The position numbers and the translations under genes were made by a program. A model generated the notes under the pieces. That model was not told where the DNA came from. It was given only the letters and a program-made list of their open reading frames with translations, and made no database searches. Shown piece after piece: positions 24,841-32,000 of a DNA stretch of 32,000 bases. This DNA comes from Planctopirus limnophila DSM 3776 (GTDB lineage Bacteria > Planctomycetota > Planctomycetia > Planctomycetales > Planctomycetaceae). Positions within the stretch are counted from its first letter, which is position 1. Each line of letters begins with the position of its first letter. Location of the stretch: positions 1,860,001 to 1,892,000 of the forward strand of contig NC_014148.1 of the NCBI RefSeq assembly GCF_000092105.1, given 5' to 3'.

Positions 24841-26145
24841 ATGGGGCTCGCCACCACCAATGCCATCAATCCCGCCGTTCGCCAGCAATATGAATGGCTG
24901 CCATATCCCGCACGCCATCCGCAGGACGAACGCAAAAGGCTGTTGACCACAGCCGTCGATGAACTGGCGACCATTAATCATTATGCCTGGAGCGGGCGGC
25001 GAGATCTGACCAAAGGGTTACGAGTGCTGATTGCCGGTGGTGGAACCGGGGATTCAGTCGTCTACCTGGCCCATCAATTAAGAAATACGCCATCGAAGCT
25101 TGTTTACGTTGACCTGAGTGAGGCCTCGCAAAGGATTGCCCGCGAACGAATTCTCGTGCGAGGTCTGGGGAAATCTTTCGAGTGGATTCACGGATCGCTC
25201 CTTGACCTGAAGCCTGAAAGCATAGGGACCTTTGATTACATCAATTGCTCGGGTGTGCTGCATCATCTCCCCGATCCTGATCTCGGGTTGCGTGTGCTGT
25301 CGGCACTGCTAAATCCTCAGGGAGTCATCGGTCTCATGGTCTATGGCCAATATGGCCGCATGGGCATTTACCAGATGCAGGAAATGCTGCGCAAGGCAAT
25401 CCCTGCCAATTTGCCGCGGGAAGAAAAACTGGCGATGGCCAGAACTCTTGTCGGCCGCCTGCCAGCGACCAACTGGTATGTTCGCGGGAAGGATCTGTTC
25501 GATCCGATTGCTGAAATGACAGCCTCGGAGTTTTACGACATTTTTCTGCATTCGCAGGATCGTGCTTATACTGTTCCCCAACTCTTTGACTGGCTGAAGC
25601 AGGCGGATCTGCGATTTATTGAGCATACCTTTGAAGGACGTATGCTCTACGAACCGATCCATGCCTTTTCGTCAGATCCCGCTATGCTGGAGCATGTGCT
25701 CACTTTGCCTCTGCCTGAGCAGCAGGCCATCTGTGAGCTTTACTGGGGTGTGGCTTCGCGGCATATCTTCTGGGCATCAAAATCCGGGCGACAGCAGGCC
25801 TCACTGAATGATCTGGAGCAGATCCCTTGCTTCAGTCATCTGGCAATGATCACGAACCTTCAGACCGCAATTCAGGATTGCACGACACCGGCATGTGATT
25901 TCCAGGTTTCGCGTCCGGGTGTCCCCTGCCTGAAAGTTTCCATTTCGTGCGATATCCTGACCAAGAGACTCTTCTCGCTGGTGGACGGTCGGAGAACTGT
26001 AGGCAAGATCCGACAGGAACTCATGGAGCAATTCCAGCAGCCAGCCGAAAACATTGAACGGGTAATCCACCACGTCTTCAAACTGCTCGCAGGCTATGAC
26101 CTGATCGTACTCAGGCACCACTCCACTAGTCCATGGAGTTTCTAG
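24841..26145 (+). CDS. Class I SAM-dependent methyltransferase with C-terminal PqqD/RRE-like domain
   Basis: Motif I LRVLIAGGGTGDS, post-I YVDLSEAS, and FDYINCSGVLHHLPDP...LNPQGVIGLMVYG. The last roughly 70 aa (LFSLVDGRRTVGKIRQELMEQFQQPAENIERVIHHVFKLLAGYDLIVL) follow the PqqD-family pattern. Confidence 0.88.
   Translation: MGLATTNAINPAVRQQYEWLPYPARHPQDERKRLLTTAVDELATINHYAWSGRRDLTKGLRVLIAGGGTGDSVVYLAHQLRNTPSKLVYVDLSEASQRIARERILVRGLGKSFEWIHGSLLDLKPESIGTFDYINCSGVLHHLPDPDLGLRVLSALLNPQGVIGLMVYGQYGRMGIYQMQEMLRKAIPANLPREEKLAMARTLVGRLPATNWYVRGKDLFDPIAEMTASEFYDIFLHSQDRAYTVPQLFDWLKQADLRFIEHTFEGRMLYEPIHAFSSDPAMLEHVLTLPLPEQQAICELYWGVASRHIFWASKSGRQQASLNDLEQIPCFSHLAMITNLQTAIQDCTTPACDFQVSRPGVPCLKVSISCDILTKRLFSLVDGRRTVGKIRQELMEQFQQPAENIERVIHHVFKLLAGYDLIVLRHHSTSPWSF
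26083..26145. repeat. Direct repeat copy A (functional 3' end of the methyltransferase-PqqD gene)
   Basis: My hand alignment to 28070-28132 gives about 53 of 63 identical positions, with identical runs ctcgcaggcta and gacctgatcgtactcagg. It encodes LLAGYDLIVLRHHSTSPWSF followed by a stop. Confidence 0.85.
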
Positions 26146-26235
26146 GGTACTCCTTTTTCGCCAACGCTTATCTTCTGAAGCTGCAGTTTGCGAGTGAGGA
26201 ATCGAGGCAACCCACTAAAGATTAGAGCTGATCGG

Positions 26236-26499
26236 TCACTCACAGTAATCACCAGAACGGCCTCGCACTTTCATGGTTGTGAATAATGTAACTTCAAAAA
26301 AACATTCGATAGCCTCTACTTGTGTCATTCTATGTAGCTCTGAAAGTAATGACGCTTTCCTAACTTGAGATAGTGTAGTCCAAGGCATATCGGTAATTGC
26401 TCCTTCGATTGCCCATAGCAAGTTCAAAGTAGGTGGACGCCCTGCTTTTCGAACAGCAAGAAAGCAAACGACTGAACCAAGTCTTCGAAGCTCATCCAA
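26236..26499 (-). CDS. Hypothetical small ORF, AT-rich; possible HTH/transposase-N-terminal-like fragment
   Basis: 87-aa ORF with a TTG start. A 50-aa version from an internal ATG (MPWTT...) is possible. By hand count, 26281-26400 is about 35-40% G+C against about 50% or more in the flanking genes. The GRPPTLN...TLSQV segment is reminiscent of IS630-type HTH regions. This is a weak call. Confidence 0.35.
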   Translation of the reverse strand: MDELRRLGSVVCFLAVRKAGRPPTLNLLWAIEGAITDMPWTTLSQVRKASLLSELHRMTQVEAIECFFEVTLFTTMKVRGRSGDYCE

Positions 26500-26557
26500 G
26501 TTTTAGAGACCAGCGTCGGCAAGCATTTGAGCCGATGCGGGGCCTAGGTTTCGGAGT

Positions 26558-27058
26558 TTACTGGCTGGGAGAGGGCTCATCATGATTCGAGAAAGCTGAG
26601 TTCATTCGACTGGAGGAGTTTAGCAGGAGTCGCATCGGAACCATCGGCGAGCGTATAAACCCCCGCCGTTCGTAGAATCGCATCGCCTTCGTATTGTCGC
26701 AATCGGTCAGCAGAGTCATTCGACGACATCCATCTTGACTTGCCTGCTGTATAGCGGCATCCAGCAACAGACCACCCAATCCATGCGATCGTTGTGAAGG
26801 GTTGACAACCATGTCCTCGAGAATCGCAACTCGGGCACCCAGAGCAGTACTGACAGTGTATAGCAAATTGACCATGCCGATGATCTCGCCTTCAATTTCG
26901 AATTTCAGTATTCGTCCCACGGAAGGATTCTCGATGATTGCCTTGAGTCCGGCAGATTGGGCTGAAGGGTTTGCGACAAACTCAGCCTCTTGCGTGAAGA
27001 GTATTGATAACAGTTCGGATAACGCCGGAATATCATCAGTTGTTGCAAGTGATATCAT
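26558..27058 (-). CDS. GNAT-family N-acetyltransferase
   Basis: 166 aa. Acetyl-CoA-binding motif QRSHGLGGLLL (Q/RxxGxG/A) followed by AMRFYERRGF. ATG start. Confidence 0.9.
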   Translation of the reverse strand: MISLATTDDIPALSELLSILFTQEAEFVANPSAQSAGLKAIIENPSVGRILKFEIEGEIIGMVNLLYTVSTALGARVAILEDMVVNPSQRSHGLGGLLLDAAIQQASQDGCRRMTLLTDCDNTKAMRFYERRGFIRSPMVPMRLLLNSSSRMNSAFSNHDEPSPSQ

Positions 27059-27377
27059 GGAATGGGTTTCAAAAGCAGAAAAGCTTATTCTTGGGTTAAA
27101 AAGTCAGAAAGTTACTCTCGCCTTTGCATCGCAGGAAACAATGATTCCTCTGCAGCAGAGGCGACGCCAAACTCGTGATCGAGTATCACGGCTTTGCTTT
27201 TGTCATCTCAGGACAGTTTTGATACTCAACGCATATCTCGAGATGCATAAACCACCGAACCAACACCATTCTCGGGAATGCTAAGGGGCTGTACCTGCTG
27301 GGTATTCATACGCCAAGCTGCGCGATTGGAAAACTAGAGTCTGTTGAATTATTACCTGTAGCAGTGACTCCTACGCC

Positions 27378-27803
27378 TTACTTCTTGTTTCGTTTGAGAA
27401 TGAGGTATGACACCCGGCTACCTTTGGGGGATGCAAAAGTCTTGGGCCTTGGATCGCCGGGTGCATTGAAACAGAGCTTCAGCGTGTCGCCGTCGATCTC
27501 GTAGATGCCCAGGGATTTTTCCTTCTTCTTATAGACAAGATCAATGGTCTTTGGCGTCTGGCTGGGATCGAGGGTGATGATTGCAACATCCTTGGGGTCG
27601 TCGTCTGGCGAGATCTCCCTCCCGTTGAAGACGAATCCTTCGGGCTGGGTTTCGCCACCGACCTTTTCCCCGCCCACGAGAACCTTTTCAAACGTCCAGC
27701 CACCCTGCAGTCTGCGCAAGTCTTTCTCGACTGCATCCACCTGAAGCGACGCCATGCCGAGGTGTGCTGAAAGCAATAAGCAATAGATGGCCGCATTACG
27801 CAT
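27378..27803 (-). CDS. Secreted TIGR03067-like (planctomycete-specific, lipocalin-like) protein
   Basis: Signal peptide MRNAAIYCLLLSAHLGMA. LQGGWTFEKVLVGGEKV...IYEIDGDTLKLCFNAPGDPRPKTF matches the TIGR03067 pattern. The track start 27824 is GTG; the ATG is at 27803. Confidence 0.85.
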   Translation of the reverse strand: MRNAAIYCLLLSAHLGMASLQVDAVEKDLRRLQGGWTFEKVLVGGEKVGGETQPEGFVFNGREISPDDDPKDVAIITLDPSQTPKTIDLVYKKKEKSLGIYEIDGDTLKLCFNAPGDPRPKTFASPKGSRVSYLILKRNKK

Positions 27804-28069
27804 GACTTTTCTCCATTTAAACACCGCCGAACATTTGTTCGACCGCTGAAGTGCGGTGAAATTTCAGCGCAGATTGGCGGTGTGGCAGGGACTTGTCAAT
27901 TTCGATGTATCCTAGTGGCAAAGGAGTTGCGACGGATTGCCAATATAAATTGCATGTTACACCGCAATCGACCGCCATGCGATACCGCTGTTTTCATGGT
28001 TGGTTGGGGTGCGGTAAGATTCTTTCCCTACGTGGTACGGGTTGGCCAGCAAGGTCGGCAGGCTACGGT

Positions 28070-28132
28070 CTACTCGCAGGCTACGACCTGATCGTACTCA
28101 GGAACAACTCAACGAGTTACTGGAGTTTCTAA
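28070..28132 (+). pseudogene. Direct repeat copy B: orphan 3'-terminal fragment homologous to the methyltransferase-PqqD gene end
   Basis: It encodes LLAGYDLIVLRNNSTSYWSF followed by a stop, in the frame of track ORF 27893..28132. Similarity to the gene at 24841..26145 stops abruptly upstream of 28070. Confidence 0.75.
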
Positions 28133-28405
28133 GCCGACTTTCGATGAATCATTTCGGCACTGCATGGCCCAATGTTCACACGGCAATGCATGACTTCTGA
28201 GAATGTAGTACCGTATTTTCTCTGGATCGCTGACTGATTCATGGCACTGAAAACTTCTTAATCAAATGAGAAATTCGAGTTGTCCAGAATGGGAAAAGAG
28301 AGCACGGTTGTTTTTTGTAAGCACTGAGATATTGAGCAGACCGCAGAACCATATGGTAAACCGATTTCGCTCGATCGGGGCATTCGGAGGCCAAGAAAAC
28401 TACAT

Positions 28406-28906
28406 TCAGGCCAAGTCGAGTGAAGTGTCTGGATTGTCAATCTCAGCCGTCCGTTCCCGGCGTCGATACTCGGCCGACGAGCTCAGGATGAATCCGTCCA
28501 GCCCGCAAGACCCCATGACCAAGTACCCAATGACACCTTGCTCAGTGAGCTGTTTTGAGAGGTCGGCTAGGTCAGTAAACTGTATCGTTAACCATCCGTA
28601 GTTCTTGCGGGCGAGGAACAAATTCCCCCAATGCTCGACAACCCATTCAGCGTCCACTCGCTGAACATCCAGCAAAATGCTTGGGGCGGCTACGTCGTCA
28701 AAGAAGTAGGCTACCAACCCAGCAAACCTCAGGTCGATCAGGTCATATGGTCCAGCCCCGTCGCGGTACTGTGTGTGGAGAATCAGTACCCGATGCTCCA
28801 GATGGGCCGCCAAGGCGTATACGAAGTTGTCGTGGACATTGGGTGTCTCCGAAAACCCGTCGGGGAAAAACTGGCATGGGTTCCAGATTGACTCAGCCAC
28901 GTCCAA
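28406..28906 (-). CDS. Hypothetical protein, no recognised domain
   Basis: 166-aa ORF with no early ATG. The start is TTG at 28906, or GTG at 28900 preceded by GGGGGA 6 nt upstream. It has no signal peptide, is acidic, and its composition looks globular. Confidence 0.6.
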   Translation of the reverse strand: MDVAESIWNPCQFFPDGFSETPNVHDNFVYALAAHLEHRVLILHTQYRDGAGPYDLIDLRFAGLVAYFFDDVAAPSILLDVQRVDAEWVVEHWGNLFLARKNYGWLTIQFTDLADLSKQLTEQGVIGYLVMGSCGLDGFILSSSAEYRRRERTAEIDNPDTSLDLA

Positions 28907-29068
28907 TCCCCCAGCATCGCTCGCAAAGCACTGTTAGACCCTCGATTCCCTCATAGACTTTATCTGGTTGGCAACCCGAGTCAGGAAGTTATATTGAGGT
29001 GAGAATCTCGGTAGGAAAGGGGAAAAGGTCCTTGGGATATGCGTTACTCCCAGTGTTTCATACGGACC

Positions 29069-30499
29069 TTATTTCGTGGGCACAAGTGCCGGTGGTTTCC
29101 AGCTCCCATTGAGCGCCTCCTCTTTAGGCCAATAAAGTCGCATCGCGACGTAGATCGGGCCGTCCGGGGCAGGGATCCAGTTCGACTCCTTATCTTTGCC
29201 AGGGGAATCCTTCTGGATATAGATCGTCAACGAGCCGTCGGCGTTCCTTTTCAGGTCGGGCAACATGGGCGTGTTGATGAGGTAGCGGTTGAGTGGGTTC
29301 GCGATGAGCAGTTGCGTCTTGCCGTCATACATAGTGACCGACCAAAAGGCATTTGTTGGTGGCAGTTGGCCTTTACTAAAGGTGAGAGTATAACGCTTGC
29401 TACTACAATCCGGCTTGTTCCCCTCGCTGTCCGTAGAGAGCAGGGGATAAAGTGCCTCGACTTCGTCATTGCCATAGATACCAGCCATTGCCGCAGCTGC
29501 TCTGAGAGTCCAATCCGCATTGTAGAAAGCCCGGTCACCTTGTGCCCCGCCGACACGCCAGCCATTCTCGTCTTTTCCCAGTGTGGAGACCTTCTGCTTG
29601 ATCTTTGCGAGGCCGCTCAAGACGCCCGCTTTCAATGCCTCTTTTTGTTCTGCTGTCAGCCTGGCGAGCGGGAAGGGTTTACCAGCTTCGATGCCGATCT
29701 TGGCGAACTTTGCCCGCAGCGGCCTTTCAACCTCCGCTGTCCCTGTGGTGGGACAGAACTGCAGGATGAAATTTAAATAGGCGAATGGATCTGCCTCGGC
29801 CAACTTTTTGTCGATGGCTGGCCACTGAATCTCCGGTGCGGCGGCCGGAGTGGATTTGTTCAGATAGGAGGAAAGCGTCTGAACTTTGTAACCTGCCTGT
29901 ATCTGCTTCACATTGTTGATGTCGTCCGGCCCAAAGAGTTGCGTGCGGTAAAGAACCAGGGAGAACTCAGTTTCGCATTGGAACACCTTTTTGATTCCCT
30001 CGGGCGTCGGGCCATTCCAACCCGGACCAGAGATCATATAGGTGCCCGCACCGTTGCCTGTTGCCCGGCTGCCGATGTAGCCGTAATTACAGGTATACAT
30101 GTCAGCGAGCATCACGGAGTAATACCGATCCTTCTGCACTTCCGGAACGCTCAACACGAGGGGTTCGGTACGAAGGTCGGCCCATACGAATGAGTAGGGG
30201 GTGTCGCTGTTGGGCGTTACAACAGCCGTATCCTCTGGTGTGTAGACTCGCGCGGTGTTGTAGATCTGGTTGAATGCGGCTTTGTACTGGCCGGACTTCA
30301 CATCCACTGCATACTCGTATAAAATCCCGTAACCCATGACCATTGGAAAGCTGTAGATAAAGGCCTCCTCTGTGATCGCCTTAATCTCTTCGACGGAAAG
30401 TTTTTCCTGGGCCATACAGGGCTGAGCCTCCCGCATCATGAAAGTCACTAAGAGGGGTATCGCTGCCAATTTCAGCAATTTCATAGTCATGGTCCACAT
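29069..30499 (-). CDS. DUF1254/DUF1214 domain-containing secreted protein
   Basis: DUF1254 blocks: FIYSFPMVMGY, NTARVYTPEDTAVVTPNSDTPYSF, DRYYSVMLADMY. DUF1214 blocks: NAFWSVTMYD, NRYLIN, DGSLTIYIQ, NWIPAP, MRLYWPK. The signal peptide is MKLLKLAAIPLLV. The likely start is ATG 30484; ATGs at 30490 and 30499 are also in frame. Confidence 0.9.
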   Translation of the reverse strand: MWTMTMKLLKLAAIPLLVTFMMREAQPCMAQEKLSVEEIKAITEEAFIYSFPMVMGYGILYEYAVDVKSGQYKAAFNQIYNTARVYTPEDTAVVTPNSDTPYSFVWADLRTEPLVLSVPEVQKDRYYSVMLADMYTCNYGYIGSRATGNGAGTYMISGPGWNGPTPEGIKKVFQCETEFSLVLYRTQLFGPDDINNVKQIQAGYKVQTLSSYLNKSTPAAAPEIQWPAIDKKLAEADPFAYLNFILQFCPTTGTAEVERPLRAKFAKIGIEAGKPFPLARLTAEQKEALKAGVLSGLAKIKQKVSTLGKDENGWRVGGAQGDRAFYNADWTLRAAAAMAGIYGNDEVEALYPLLSTDSEGNKPDCSSKRYTLTFSKGQLPPTNAFWSVTMYDGKTQLLIANPLNRYLINTPMLPDLKRNADGSLTIYIQKDSPGKDKESNWIPAPDGPIYVAMRLYWPKEEALNGSWKPPALVPTK

Positions 30500-31149
30500 T
30501 GAGGGGGTTGCTCAGGATTTTGATGAGCCCCGAACTGCACTCGCCGACGATTCTTGGCAGCGTTTTTAATTTCACGCACACCTAGTAATTAACGTTTTAA
30601 CGTAAATTCTACCGGATTCGCGGAAGCCGGCCAACCGATTGCATGTTGTTTGGAAAAAACAAGAAAGTGATTGCTGCAAGATCCCATAATGTCATATTGC
30701 AGTGAAATCGTTCAGCACAACATTGCTGCCGCGGAATCGGAGGACAAGACGGCAACTGATTTGATCTCGCTGGTTTCCCGGTTGGACACTCGCGATATCC
30801 CACTTGTGCATCGTAATCGAAAATGGAGATTTCATTGAGTAATGTGGGATGGCCATTTAAACTTTGGTCTCCCATGAGAAGTCGCCAAGATACTTTACCA
30901 CACAGGAGCGATCTTATAAGGCCGGTTTGACCAGGCTTCGCGGTAGATGCCTGGGCAACCCAGTCACAGGCGATGTCAAGGATGCCTGGTTGTTGAGGAT
31001 ATGGCCATCCGAATGGTTCCCGACGACCATGGCGATCTTGTCGAATCGAAACTCGGCGTATTTCTGGGCATATTGGAGTCGGTGTCTGCTGCCCGTGATT
31101 AACAGGACTGCGAACGCAGGGTTGCCAGCAGCGGGGGGAGTGCCCATTG

Positions 31150-31189
31150 GAAAATGAGAAAGCCCTTCGACGTTCTCGCCGAAGGGCTT
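31150..31189 (-). terminator. Intrinsic terminator immediately downstream of tRNA-Pro
   Basis: 10-bp stem AAGCCCTTCG (31160-31169) / CGAAGGGCTT (31180-31189) with a 10-nt loop. On the minus strand the stem is followed by UCUCAUUUUC. It begins 15 nt after the tRNA 3' end. Confidence 0.6.
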
Positions 31190-31201
31190 CTTTCTGAAAA
31201 T

Positions 31202-31278
<77 letters not shown>

Positions 31279-31288
31279 AGTTGAACGA

Positions 31289-31317
31289 AGTTTAACGGTG
31301 ATGGTCTGGCTGGTCAA
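31289..31317 (-). promoter_or_regulatory. Sigma70-type promoter for tRNA-Pro
   Basis: The minus strand reads TTGACC - 17 nt - TAAACT. The -10 element ends 10 nt before the mature tRNA 5' end. Confidence 0.5.
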
Positions 31318-31643
31318 TTCGACCGAGGGGGAAAGATCTGCGGGAATTGCCGGTGGGGTAATTCCTGGGGGAGTGCCGGTTTCTGGAGATCTGCCGCCAC
31401 CTGGTAAGCTGCTGGCCACTTCTGTTCAGAGAAAATCTGAGTTTTGGGTTATGCTGTTGGCCTGCAAGGAATTGCAGCCGGTCATGCAAGGCTCAGACAA
31501 TTTCGCAAGGCAAGCTGTTTATTTGTGTGGAAGAACTCTTTGAATTCATGTCTCCAACGTGTATTCCCGGTATTCTGCTGTTCTCTCCAGAAAAATGGTA
31601 AGCTCAACGGCCCGACGAATTTTCACCCGCAGGATTGATCATT

Positions 31644-32000
31644 ATGCGATTTTCGCCCCGCGATACCTCACACCGCCTCAGTAATCATGCTTTGGCGAAG
31701 GGCCTGTTGTTCAATCTGTTGAGCTCACTTCTCGTGATGTCGGGGTTTGGTCTGATCACTGATGTGGCGGTTGGGGCTGATCTCTTCGATAAGCACGATT
31801 TCTCATTGGTGAAGCAAGCTGCGAGCGAATTGTCTCCTGTGGCCCGGATATCGATGCAGGATGCTTCCAAATTGAAGCCACTCTCGGCGACGATCAGTAC
31901 GCCGTGCCTCATTGTCAAAACGAGTGAAGGTAATTTTGCCAAGATGCTCGTCAGTTGGGGGTTTCGCAAGCATGGTGAAGATCGCCTGCCAGTCTTGTTG
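31644..32000 (+). CDS. Partial CDS (5' end) for a hypothetical exported or membrane protein, running off the right edge
   Basis: The frame is open from ATG 31644 to the window end (119 codons). It is absent from the track because it has no stop. The N-terminus MRFSPRDTSHRLSNHALAKGLLFNLLSSLLVMSGFGLITDVAVGA is signal/TM-like. It is preferred over the antisense ORF 31685..31969. Confidence 0.5.
   Translation, partial: MRFSPRDTSHRLSNHALAKGLLFNLLSSLLVMSGFGLITDVAVGADLFDKHDFSLVKQAASELSPVARISMQDASKLKPLSATISTPCLIVKTSEGNFAKMLVSWGFRKHGEDRLPVLL

Noticed and set aside
24817-24894. 25-codon Cys/His-rich mini-ORF (MDLIESCQHGARHHQCHQSRRSPAI) overlapping the start of the methyltransferase-PqqD gene; considered as a possible precursor peptide.
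   Set aside because: It overlaps the methyltransferase start out of frame, has no ribosome-binding signal I can see, and has no supporting conservation evidence. It is most likely a chance ORF.
26083-28132. Diversity-generating retroelement (VR/TR pair): in about 6 of the 10 mismatches between the two 63-bp copies, the downstream copy has an A.
   Set aside because: Four mismatches do not involve A in the putative template copy (t/c, t/g, c/t, a/c). The repeat is only 63 bp, and no reverse transcriptase, accessory gene or IMH-like element lies nearby. The A bias is more simply explained by divergence of homologous gene ends.
29039-29776. 245-aa plus-strand ORF. Similar long antisense ORFs occur inside large genes, e.g. 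17319..17768 +, 17374..17904 -, 8245..8685 -, 11056..11601 -, 895..1380 -, 1942..2427 -, 2270..2764 +.
   Set aside because: Each lies entirely within, and antisense or out of frame to, a gene with clear domain homology. The products are Arg/Cys/Ser-rich shadow translations.
26146-30499. Integron-like cassette array: several small, same-strand, functionally unrelated genes including a GNAT.
   Set aside because: I could not find attC-type imperfect inverted repeats with RYYYAAC/GTTRRRY ends in the intergenic spacers. No integron integrase is present in the window.
31685-31969. 94-aa minus-strand ORF at the right edge.
   Set aside because: It is antisense to an open plus-strand frame (31644 to the window end) whose product has a plausible signal/TM N-terminus. 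The minus ORF product has no such features, so it is likely a shadow ORF.

Overview
This window looks like a chromosomal segment from a Planctomycetota-type genome. The evidence is DUF1501, DUF1549/DUF1553, a PSCyt1-type CxxCH domain fused to WD40 repeats, and a TIGR03067-like secreted protein, with mid-range G+C judged by eye. I support about 24 protein genes, two tRNAs (Arg-UCG, Pro-UGG), two to three intrinsic terminators and one clear sigma70-type promoter. I see no CRISPR array, rRNA or intact mobile element.

Layout from left to right:
- 1-445: ORF-free, highly structured region just 3' of tRNA-Arg, on the minus strand.
- 597-2728: a secreted hypothetical protein and an MtfA (M90) peptidase.
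- 3375-12794: a plus-strand block of DUF1501, a two-PPC-domain protein, a DUF1549/DUF1553 protein and a CxxCH-WD40-coiled-coil protein, closed by a strong terminator.
- 12893-16495: a methyltransferase, a lipoprotein, a degenerate GGDEF protein and pyrE.
- 16532-21578: a 1125-aa membrane protein with a roughly 600-aa proline-rich tail, divergent from an ECF sigma / putative anti-sigma pair.
- 21630-24476: ExbD followed by a protein with TonB-like architecture whose C-terminus is a prenyltransferase/terpene-cyclase-like toroid.
- 24841-26145: a class I methyltransferase with a PqqD/RRE-like C-terminus.
- 26146-31203: an accessory-looking run of minus-strand genes ending at tRNA-Pro.

Most noteworthy observations:
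1. The last 63 bp of the methyltransferase-PqqD gene recur about 1.9 kb downstream. The two copies bracket a three-gene insert of opposite orientation.
2. An orphan ExbD is coupled to a TM + Pro-linker + alpha/alpha-toroid protein.
3. The 1125-aa protein carries repeated FGP motifs and sits next to an ECF pair.
4. The structured region at the left edge starts with GUGCG on the minus strand and may be the 5' part of a group II intron.

All functional calls rest on motif recognition by eye. No database search was run.
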